Shown: piece by piece, positions 1 to 10,434 of the stretch | Numbering within the stretch: position 1 is the first letter of the stretch | Layout: every line of letters begins with the position of its first letter | Origin: Chiloscyllium plagiosum | Taxonomy: Eukaryota | NCBI RefSeq assembly: GCF_004010195.1 | Contig: NC_057718.1 | Location: 20,140,372-20,204,371 of the forward strand | DNA length: 64,000 bases | Reading direction: 5' to 3' | Notes under the pieces: generated by a model | The model's input: the letters and a program-made list of their open reading frames with translations, nothing else | What the model was told of the DNA's origin: nothing | Databases searched by the model: none | Made by a program: the position numbers and the translations under genes

Positions 1-2156
1 GGGGGGAGGGAGGTGGGATGAGCAAGAGGGACGGGTCTTGGGGGGAGGGAGGTGGGGTGGGCAAGGATGACGGGTCTAAAGGCATCAGTGACATGCACCA
101 AAACCTGCACTGCTAGTTTTCTAGTTAGAATACATCGTGACAGGTTATCATGACCAATAAGGTGCAAGACAGCCTCGCTCATTGAATTAAGTGTCACTTT
201 GGAACCATATAAATTCATTTTAAACTATTGGAAAGATAACTTGCTTTGTTTAACATGGCAATGAAATATGAAGGCTTGGTAATTTATAATAAGTTGTATA
301 GCACTATCATCCTTTCCTAAATCAAAATCTGACTGCTCCTGTCTCAGCTGTGTATTCCCTATAGACAGCTCATGTTAAGTCCACGTAAATGCAATTGTCC
401 TATGATTTGGAATCCATTAAATTGGCTCATTGACTTTAGTATGCATTCTCAGATGCCTGCAGCCTGAGATCTTGCTCCTTTAAACCTGTTTGAATTTGAA
501 ATAAAGCACAGCTTTCAAAAATAACTCGGTCCAAACTATGTTCTATGAAAACATTCTGAAAATATGACAATGAATGTACTCCAAACATTAAACTGACAAT
601 ACCTATTTGATTCTCAGTATGAAAATGTGAAAAATGAAGTATCATTGAAGTCCATCTTTTTCAAGAATTTTCAACTGCTATCTGGAATCAACAAAGTATG
701 CTGCAAATGTCTACAGGAAAACTATTTTGTTTTCCCTTCAATTTAGTCTTTAAGAGTATTCTTAACTTCAGGTACTATTGTGTTTGCTTTAGCCATTTTA
801 GCTCTTTTAACATGCTTCATTAAATTACAGATTGAAAAATAACAATCTATTGTTATTTCAAACATATTTTCTTAATTTATAAAATATAATTGTGGAGTAA
901 AGATGCAAAGTTTATCAAGTCACTTTAAAAAATGAGTTGTCATGAAGTGGAATGGACATACAGTAGCATTTTAGGAAATGTTTGTTATAACCATTAATCA
1001 TTTTTTCGGGTAATAAAATATTTTCTCTTCAATCATCTTCTTCTCTTATGTATTTGACATGTTCTTCATTCCATTCCTTTTGGCTAAGAGGAAACAAAGG
1101 AAATTTTCCATTTGTACAATTATTTACTACATCCTACAAACAAAGCTGAGTTTGAAAAGACCATTTTATTACAAAGGGATCACAATGAAACAATCGTATT
1201 TAATGCCCATACATCACATTTATAGCAAGAATTTGTGCAATACACAATGACAAAATTTCCTCTTTCCCATCTCAGAAATGTAGCATCTGTTCCACCATAC
1301 TGAGAGTGCAGAACAAGAATTGAATCTCCGCTGGAGGATAGAGATTTAGTGCACATTTACTCATTGGCTATGAACAGAATATTATTGAGGTGATATCTGT
1401 GCTTTCAACGATCTCCAGTTCCTCAAGACATTTAGAAGTCCCAAGTGAAAAGCAAGTAACCTGAGATTGCATTTCAAACAAAGGAGTAGTCCATGCTCAT
1501 CACTCTGTACCAAAGGGCAGCCTGTTCTTGATTTAATTCTGTAACAATGAAAATGTGATATTCTTCAGTTCAAAACTGCATCAATTTTCTTTCTTCTTCT
1601 TTCTGTTCAATATACTTTTTGTTTTTTTTTCCTCTAGTACTATATTTCAACATCTACAATAATTTTGTTTAATATCCAGCAAAATAAATTAATAATGAAA
1701 ATTCACAAGCTTGTGAATACACAATAAAATCGCTATTAATAAAAATTGGATAACCTAAAGTGGCAGTCAAGTTGAAATTGTGTCAAAATTCTCTGAGCAG
1801 AATAGGAAGTACAATAGAATGATTCTTATGGTAAATCAAAGTTGCAGAATGGTCACTCCAGATTCACCGAATCAGACCAAGAAGGTTACCTCAAGCAATT
1901 GGAGCAGAGTTAGGTATTGCTACAGTGCAAAGTCATGGGTGAGCCATCAGCTGACAATGAGACCTCTCTGAAATCCAATGTGTAGGCTAAACCTGTGAGA
2001 AGGTTATAAGTGCTGTCAATTACAGACAAAGTGAATTGATACAGGGAATGAAAAACTGGTGTGAATTAAGAAGTGGACATCACAATGGAGTGGGAGGTGT
2101 TGCAATCAAATTTGCCAACCATTCTGAAAATCTTGGAACAGTCCAACAACTAACTG

Positions 2157-2355
2157 CAGGAAGTCCCTGTGTTATAAACATCCTGTACTTATGAAGTGAC
2201 CTCCTGCTTCTCATTTTTAAAAATCTGAGTTACGTACAATGTTTTATCCTAATGAACGGGCAGACTAATTAGCCCGTTTCTGTTCTGACTAACACACAAA
2301 TTTGGCTTACAAACAGCGGAGAAATGGAACTCATTCGTAGCCTGGGGACTTCCTG
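2157..2355. mobile_element. Small MITE / non-autonomous DNA transposon (Tc1/mariner-Tigger-like)
   Basis: Terminal inverted repeats CAGGAAGTCCC ... GGGACTTCCTG about 200 bp apart, with TA on the right flank (TG on the left). Confidence 0.55.
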
Positions 2356-2737
2356 TATATTTTCCAGCAAAGAAGAGTAACTGCCTATCCCAATGTCAAA
2401 GAAACTCTACGTGGCAAAAGGCATCGTGTACTGAAAACATTTCCATCTCCGGTCCAATTTTTTAGGAAAGGAACCTAAAAACCAACTATTGATTCTCGAG
2501 ACCATTGATAAAAAGCAGAAGCAGAAGAGGTCACGTAAACACAATGAAGATGGTTATGAAAGCCACTATCACCAACTGCTTCCATCACGTTGGGTTCATA
2601 TAGGCTACGTCCATAAGATGTCAAGAATATTGGAGAGCAAGATGAGGCCATCTTACCTCATGACAACACTCTTTTTGCTTGCCTGTAGAAGGCTATTATG
2701 GAAATTCCAGCATAAACAACTACAGAAGCTTGCAACA

Positions 2738-3022
2738 ATTAGATTACTTACAGTGTGGAAACAAGCCCTTCCGCCCATCAAGTCAACACCGATCCACCGA
2801 AGCGCAACCCACCCATACATTTACCCCTTCACCTAACACTGCGGGCAATTTAGCATAGCCAATTCACCTGACCTGCACATCTTTGGACTATGGGAGGAAA
2901 CCGGAGCAAACCCTCACATACACAGGTAGAATGTGCAAACTGCACACAGTCAGTCACCTGAGGCGGAAATTGAACCCGGGTCTCTGGCGCTATGAGGCAG
3001 CAGTGCTAACCACTGTGCCACC
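2738..3022 (-). mobile_element. tRNA-derived SINE (HE1-like)
   Basis: Reverse complement begins GGTGGCACAGTGGTTAGCACTGCTGCC (A box) ... GGTTCAATTTCC (B box) and ends in a CR1-like tail; near-identical to the other copies in the window. Confidence 0.85.
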
Positions 3023-4066
3023 CACAATGTGGACAACACCCTCTGATGAACTAAAGAATGGACATATAAAGTAATCACAGATGCAATACATCCTTCACCC
3101 AAGATGGTCGATGACCTTGAAGAGTCCACGGAATGCCTGTCCACTCATCGTCTTGGTTTCTGAACTGAAGTTGCAAAGTGGTGATGCTCCTGCATGAAAT
3201 AAGGAAAAAATGTTTGATTGCATTGACAACATCATAGATTGTATAACACTCTTCCAAAGACAGCACATTAGGCAGAAAATGAATATTGAGTTTTTTCCAC
3301 AGCAAATTCCCAACATTTTTTAATATATTTTATTGTATAAGGCCAGACTATTGTTTTGTTTGTCATTTATATAAATGCTTTGGTTGAGAATATAGGAGAC
3401 ATGGTTAGTAACTGTTATGAAGATGTGGGTGTACAGTACCTTTAAGGGAGTTAAAAGCTAGCAGAACTACCTGACAGCACCAAGATACAATGTACCCTTT
3501 TGGTCCAGTAGCCAGGGTAGCTGGTTGCCTGGAGACAGAAACAAATTCGAATGCGGCCAATCAGTTTAAATTATACCCCGAAAAATACCAAACTCCAATC
3601 AAGTTTGAATTTAGTATACTGACAATCTTAAAAGCCAAAGACACAATACAATGCTTTGGAATATAAGACTGGGAAGAATTTAACAGTTGAGAGGAGAACT
3701 GCCAAGTCACCAGTATGAACAGACTGCCAAAAAAATAGTTCTCTTAAAGATACCTTTATCGATCAGTAACCTGTTGAACCAAAATCCCTAAGAAGAAGAA
3801 AAGACAGAGGAAGATATAATGAGAAGATTCGACATCTGGCTGCTTTTGAAAATCCCAGTAGATTTAAACATTTGCAGATTAGTGTCCTAGATCTTTAAAT
3901 AAAATGTAGGTGAGACAATTTGTTTACTTTCAGTGACTTGTGGTTGATTAAATGAAAAGTGAGAGAAATGGCTCTTAAGTTGCTAAAGAGGTTCTGGGAT
4001 TTGAAGATGATTGTCAAATTTGCCAAGAAAGTTTATGAGGAAAGAAAAAGGCCATACTTTTAGAAT

Positions 4067-4526
4067 CCAGATTCTGGATTAGTGGTGCTGGAAGACACAG
4101 CAGTTCAGGCAGCATCCGAAGAGCAGTAAAATCGACGTTTCGGGCAAAAGCCCTTCATCAGGAATACAGGAGAGAGCCTGAAGCGTGGAGAGATAAGTGA
4201 GAGGAGGGTGGGGGTGGGGAGAAAGTGGAAATGACCTGGGAGTTGCAGTGGGAGAGGGACTCTCTGAGATTCTTGTAGAGAGAGGAGGAAAACCTCTTCA
4301 AGGCAGGCATCCTTGCAAGAGGATTTGCAGTAGGGTTAAAATCAACTCGGTAAAAACAATGACTGCAGATGCTGGAAACCAGATTCTGGATTAGTACTGC
4401 AGGAAGAGCACAGCAGTTCAGGCAGCATCCAAGGAGCAGTAAAATCGATGTTCGGGCAAAAGCCCTTCATCAGGAATAAAGGCAGAGAGCCTGAAGGGTG
4501 GAGAGATAAGCTAGAGGAGGGTGGGG
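4067..4526 (-). mobile_element. Internally deleted Penelope-like element: two tandem pseudo-LTRs, each with a hammerhead motif
   Basis: Direct repeat with a 313-nt offset (4132 vs 4445). Minus strand reads CTGATGAAGGGCTTTTGCCCGAAACGTC at 4161-4134; the second copy has a degenerate GAAA. Confidence 0.75.
4134..4161 (-). ncRNA. Minimal hammerhead ribozyme motif (PLE-associated)
   Basis: CTGATGA-A-GGGC-TTTT-GCCC-GAAA-CG-TC: both conserved core boxes, stem II and a palindromic ACGT. Confidence 0.65.
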
Positions 4527-6668
4527 CAGCAAAGTCAAGTTAACAGGATGGAGATTAAAAGAAGGTTGTGATGTATACAAATATGTCAAAAATCTGCCAC
4601 ATTTTGATGAGAAAGATGTCTTCTTTATTTCATTTGAAAAATTGGCTAGGCAGATCGAGTGGTCTGAGGATTCATGGGTAATACAAGTTCAGACTAAACT
4701 GGTAGGCAGGCCTAGTGAGGTATTTGCCATGCTGTCAGATGAGGGCTCAAGAATTTATGAAGAGGTTAAACAGGCTATTTTAAGTGCTTATGAATTGGTA
4801 CCAGAAGCATATAGACAGCGGTTCAGAAACACAAAGAAGGAACCAGGTCAGACTTATGTTGAGTTTGAAAGAATTAAACATAGTCATTTGATCGATGTGC
4901 TTTAAAAATAGATAAGACCTTTGAGGGTCTATGAGAGATTATTCTACTGGAGGAGTTTAAAAACTCACTCCCAGAGATGGTAAGAATTCACGTGGAGGAA
5001 CAGAAAGTTTAGCCATGAGAAGGGCAGCAGAATTAGCAGATGAGTACATGTTGGTGCATCAGACAAGCTTCTGGCCAGAATTTTGTCCTGTGAGGGATAG
5101 AAGTTGGGAGAAGGGGAGATTCTACACTACAAAACCAGGAGTAGAGAGCACCACAGTATAAAAAAGAAGCCTAAGAGGGTGGAAAGTAGGTGAAAGGCCT
5201 CAGATGTTTACACTGTGGTAAAGTGGGATACGTAAAGTCACAGTGCTGATCGTTAAAGAAAGGTGCTGTGGAAAAAGATGTGGTAAAAGAAGCTAAGCCA
5301 GTGGCATTAGTGAAGGTAGTAAAGCAGACCCAAGAAGAGCTGTCGGAGAGTGCACAGCCGAGGCAGGGGCTGCTTATGAAGTTATCTCTACAAATAATTT
5401 GTTTCTGTGGGTAAAGTTTATTCAGAAAGAACAGGAGGAGAAGGACAAGAAGTTATAATTTTGAGAGATACAGCATCTAACCAATTTTCGATAGTCAGGG
5501 ATGAGCAAATATGCACTCTTTCTGACCGAGAGTGTGGTAATGTGTGGGATAGATGGACAGAAATTTAGCATTCTCAAATGAAAGATCAGGTTGGAGTGCC
5601 AACTCAAGACTGGGGCAGTTATAGTGGGAGTGGTTGGCAGAGTGTCAGTTCCTGGAATTCAGTTTGTTCTTTGGAATGATTTGGCATCCAAGGTGGGGGA
5701 GTGACACACCTTGTTGTGGAGAAGCCCAAGGAAGACTAAGAAACTGAGGAGTTAAAACAGAAATATCCTGGTATTTTCCCAGACTGTGTGGTAATCAGAT
5801 CCCACTATCATAATCACAGCACAAAGTAAAAAGTAAAGAGAAAAATGAAGGAGTTGAGGTTCAGTTAGCGGATACCCTGTTCGACATAATGATGCAAGAA
5901 AAACCTGAACAGGCAGAGGGTCAGACAGAGTTTAGTCCTGAAAGGCAAAAGGACTTGCAACAGCAAGACAAGCTGATAAAAGATATATATGTGGAAGTGT
6001 GCTCCGGAAAGGAGGCAAAGAATATTCCAGAAGGTTATTATCTGAAAGATAGAATCCTTAGATGGAAATGAAGACCACGGCAGTCTAGTGCAGAGGAGAA
6101 ATGGGCCAAAGTGCACCAGATTGTGTTGCTGGTAACATACAGACAGGAAGTGTTATGGGTAGTACATGAACTACCTGTAGGAGGTCACCTCGGGGTATAA
6201 AAGACTCAGGTTAAGGTACAAGAACATTTTTAATAGCCTGGAATGCACAAGGATATGGTTAACATTTGCCATACATGTCATACATGCCAAATGGTAGTGC
6301 CTTTGTTGCCGATTCCCGCATTTGAAGAAACTTTCACGCAGGTTATAATTGATTGTGTGGGTCCCCTCCCAAGAACTAAAAGTGGGAACCAGTACTTGTT
6401 AGCTTGTTTACACATAATGGATGTGTCTACCAGATTTCCAGAGGTAATTCCATTATGGAGTATCAAGGCAAAAAAGCTGGTAGAGGAGTTAGTAGCTTTT
6501 TTCACACAGTATGGGCCACCCAGAGATATTCAGTCGGACCAATGGTCACATTTTACTGCTAGGCTGTTGAAGGAGAATATGGATAGCTTAGGTATACAGC
6601 ACTTTAAATCCAGCGCGTATCATCATAAATCCCAAGGAGCTTTAGAAAGATGGCATCAGACTTTGAAG

Positions 6669-6851
6669 CTGAAAATGTGTTGCTGGAAAAGCGCAGCAGG
6701 TCAGGCAGCATCCAAGGAACAGGAGAATCGACGTTTCGGGCATAAGCCCTTCGTCGATTCTCCTGTTCCTTGGATGCTGCCTGACCTGCTGCGCTTTTCC
6801 AGCAACACATTTTCAGCTCTGATCTCCAGCATCTGCAGTCCTCACTTTCTC
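6669..6851. mobile_element. Fold-back PLE terminus insertion within the Gypsy integrase
   Basis: About 67-bp inverted arms; 15-bp TSD CATCAGACTTTGAAG at 6654-6668 and 6852-6866. Confidence 0.85.
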
Positions 6852-7789
6852 CATCAGACTTTGAAGACCATGTTGAGAGCATACTGTCAGGATTACTCGA
6901 TTGATTGTGATAAAGTTATCCCATTCGTATTGTTTGCCATTAGTGATTCCCCAAAATAATCTACTCAGTTTACTCCCTTTTAATTAATATTCGGTCATGA
7001 AGTGAGAGGCCCTTTGAAATTAATTAAAGAAAAATTGACAGGACCAAAGTTGAAGATCTCGCAATTAGACTATGTATCAGAGGTGAGGGAGAGACTAAAT
7101 TGAGTAAGTGAGTTAGCTAAACAGCAACTAAAGAGGTCACAGTGTCGAATGAAGCAGGTGGCAGATAAAAGTTCTGAGACTAGGGCATTTTCCTGAGGGA
7201 ATGACGTGTTAGTACTGTTACCAGTGATAGGAGATCCCTTCAAAACCAGGTTTAGTGGTCCCTATCAAATTGAGAATAAGTTGAGTCAGGTGAACTATTT
7301 AGTAAAGATGCCAGATAGAAAAAAAGGTATCAGGCATGTCATGTGAACATGGTGAAACCGAGTTATACAGGAGAGAAAGAACTGGAGAAACAGGTGTTAG
7401 TTACTACCTTGCAGTGTGAGGAATCAAATCCAGATGATGTGGATTTTGATGTGCCTCAAAATAGATTAAAAAATGAAGACGTCCTTGAGGAGTGGGATAG
7501 TTTAGTAAGCTATCTGTCTCAGGAAGATAGAAATTGCGGTCTTCAAGGACCGCAATTTCCCCCCCGACGTGGTCGACGATGCCCTCCACCGCATCTCTTC
7601 CACTTCCCGCTCCTCCGCCCTTGAACCCCGCCCCTCCAACCGCCACCAGGACAGAACCCCACTGGTCCTCACCTACCACCCCACCAATCTCCATGTACAG
7701 CGCATCATCCGCCGTCATTTCCGCTACCTCCAAACGGACCCCACCACCAAGGATATATTTCCCTCCCCTCCCCTAACAGCATTCGAATT

Positions 7790-7817
7790 GACGTTTCGGG
7801 CATTAGCCCTTCTTCAG
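7790..7817 (-). ncRNA. Minimal hammerhead ribozyme motif
   Basis: Minus strand CTGAAGA-A-GGGC-TAAT-GCCC-GAAA-CG-TC. Confidence 0.6.
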
Positions 7818-8232
7818 GAATGGGGAAAGTTTGTCCAGCAGGGTAAGATAAAAGGTAGGGAGGAGGGACTTGGGGGAGGGGCGTCGGAAATGTGATCGGT
7901 GGAAAGAGGTCAAGGTGAGGGTGATAGGCCAGACTGGGGTGGGGGCAGAGAGGTGGGGAAGAAGATTGCAGGTTAGGAAGGCGGTGCTGAGTTCGATGGA
8001 TTTGACTGAGACAAGGTATTTCCCCTCCCCCCACCTTGTCTCAGTCAAATCCATCGAATTCAGCACCGCCTTCCTAACCTGCAATCTTCTTCCCGACCTC
8101 TCCGCCCCCACTCCCGTCTGACCTATCACCCTCACCTTGACCTCTTTCCACCTATCACATTTCCGACGCCCCTCCCCCAAGTCCCTCCTCCCTACCTTTT
8201 ATCTTAGCCTGCTGGACAAACTTTCCCCATTC

Positions 8233-8260
8233 CTGAAGAAGGGCTTATGCCCGAAACGTC
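8233..8260 (+). ncRNA. Minimal hammerhead ribozyme motif
   Basis: CTGAAGA-A-GGGC-TTAT-GCCC-GAAA-CG-TC. Confidence 0.65.
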
Positions 8261-8430
8261 GATTCTCCTGTTCCCTAGATGCTGCCTGACCTGCTGCGCT
8301 TTTCCAGCAACACATTTCCAGCTCTGATCTCCAGCATCTGCAGACCTCACTTTCTCCTCAGGAAGATAGAACCCAATTGAAAATTTGTTACTGCAGTATA
8401 AGGACATATGTAAAATCAGATGGGGAGAAC

Positions 8431-9620
8431 CTCATTGAGTTTTTTGAAAAGGTGATTAAGCATGTAGATGAGAGTTGGGCAGTTGACATGGTGTACATGG
8501 TCTTCAGTAAAGCCTTTGATAAGTTTCATGCAGGGGCATGGGATTGAACATCATTTAGCAGTTTAGATTAGAAACTGGCTTTCTGAAAGAAGACAGCGAG
8601 TGGTGGTTGATGGAAAATATTCAGCCTGGAGTCCAGTTACTAGTGGTGTGCCACAAGGATCTGCTGCTGTTTGTCATTTTTATAAATGACTTAGACACAG
8701 GCATAGGTGGATGGGTTAGTAAGTTTGCAGATGACATTAAAGTCATGGGAGTAGTGGACAGTGTGGAATAATGTTGCAGGTTGCGGGGGACTTGGATAAA
8801 CTGCAGAATTGGGCTGAGAGGTGGCAAATGGAATTCAATGCAGCTAAATGTGAGGTGATTCACTTTGGGAAGAATAACAAGAAGGCAGAATACTGGGACA
8901 ATGGAAAGATTTTTGGTAGTGTGGATGTGCAGAAGGATCTTGGAGTCCACGGACATAGATCCCTGAAAGTTGCCACCCAGTTGATTGTGCTGTTAAGAAT
9001 GCATACGGTGTGTTAAGTTTTATTGGTAGAGGGATTGAGTTCCGGAACCGCAATATCATGCTGCAACTATACAAAATGCTAGTGCGGCCACACTTGGAAT
9101 ATTGTGTACCGTTCTGGCCGCCCCATTACAGGAAGGATGTGGAAGCATTGGAGAAGGTGCAGAGGAGATTTACCAGGATGTTGCCTGGTCTGGAGGGAAG
9201 CTCTTATGAGGAAAGGCTGAGAGACTTGGGTCTGTTCTCATTGGAAAGAAGAAGGCTAAGAGGGGATTTGGTAGAGACATACAAGATGATCAGACGCTTA
9301 GATAGGGTAGACTGTGAAAGTCTTTTTCCTAGGATGATGATGTCAGCTTGTACGAGGGGGCATAACTACAAATTGATGGGTGATAGATTTAAGACAGATG
9401 TCAGAGGCAGGTTCTTTACTCAGAGAATGTTAAGGGTGTGGAATGCCCTGCCTCCCAATGTAGGTAATTTAGCCACATTAGGGAGATTTAAACAATCCTT
9501 GGATAAGCACATGGATGATGATGGGATAGTGTAGGGGAATGAGCTTAGATGAGCTCACTGGTCGGCACAACATCAAGGGCTGAAGGGCCTGTTCTGCACT
9601 GTATTCTTCTATGTTCTAAC
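8431..9620 (+). mobile_element. CR1-clade LINE, 5'-truncated (HER1-like)
   Basis: RT motifs (SKFADD, KCEVIHFG) and a C-terminal ORF 9010-9534 (LVRPHLEYCV..W.PHYRKD..LEKVQRRFTRM) typical of CR1; 3' tail GGGCTGAAGGGCCTGTT...CTATGTTCTA. Confidence 0.92.
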
Positions 9621-10137
9621 TCTAATGAAGTAGACGTAGGGAATACTGCTCCGATAAAACAACACCCCTATCAGCTTAATCCTTTCAAAGCCAGACAGGT
9701 CCAGAAGGAGGGGAGGCCATGCTTGACGAGGGCATCATCGAACCAAGCCAGAGTGAGTGCAGTTCACTGATTGATTGTCTTAGTTCCCAAACCAGACGGG
9801 TCTCAATGATTCTGTGTGGATTATTGGAAGGTCAACAAAATCGGACTCATATCCAATTCCTAGATTGCAAGACTGTATCAAGAAAGTTGGACTTCATGCT
9901 GGCAGGTATATTTATCAGAGGCAGCGGAAGAAATTTCTGTGTTTGTAACCCTAAATGGGCTAGATCAGTATAAAGTGATGCCCTTTGGAATGAAGAATGC
10001 ACCCAACACATTCTAAAGACTCATGAACAGAGTTGTGGCTGGGTTAACAAACTGTGCATTCTATTTGGACAATGTAGTGATCTTTAGTAAGTCCTGGAAA
10101 GGTCACATGGTACAGTTGGCAGAGCTCTTTGAATGAT

Positions 10138-10434
10138 GGTGGCACAATGGCTAGCACTGCTGCCTCACAGCGCCAGAGACCTGGGTTCAGTTCCTGCCTC
10201 AGGCGACTGACTGTGTGGAGTTTGCACATTCTCCCTGTGTCTGCGTGGGTTTCCTCCAGGTGCTCCGGTTTCCTCCCACAGTCCAAAAATGTTCACATTA
10301 GGTGAATTGGCCATGCTAAATTGCCCGTAGTGTTAGGTGAAGGGGTTAATGTAGGTGAGTGGGTTGCGCTTCAGCGGGTTGGTATGGACTTGTTGGGCTG
10401 AAGGACCTGTTTCTACACTGTAACTAATCTAATC
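10138..10434 (+). mobile_element. tRNA-derived SINE (HE1-like)
   Basis: GGTGGCACAATGGCTAGC head, B box and (AATCT)n tail; interrupts the Gypsy RT. Confidence 0.88.

Larger units (their letters stand above)
7533..8356 (+). mobile_element. Penelope-like element fragment with an inverted pseudo-LTR
   Basis: ORF 7569.. (RTPLVLTYHPTNLHVQRIIRRHFRYLQTDP) resembles the PLE RT-endonuclease linker. 228-bp inverted arms at 7790-8017 / 8033-8260. 15-bp TSD CTCAGGAAGATAGAA at 7518-7532 and 8357-8371. Confidence 0.85.

Noticed and set aside
2883..3074. Recurring small ORFs such as MDYGRKPE...TGRMCKLHT (also 10044, 40343, 46752, 48209) as a peptide family
   Set aside because: They are translations of the antisense strand of SINE copies.
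6243..6959. Domesticated integrase gene
   Set aside because: Flanked by stops and frameshifts within a decayed provirus and disrupted by a PLE insert; no sign of selection.
9010..9534. 174-aa ORF as a host gene
   Set aside because: It is the C-terminus of CR1 ORF2 inside a truncated LINE.
10138..10215. tRNA gene (A/B boxes)
   Set aside because: It is a SINE head, continuous with the SINE body and tail and repeated seven times.
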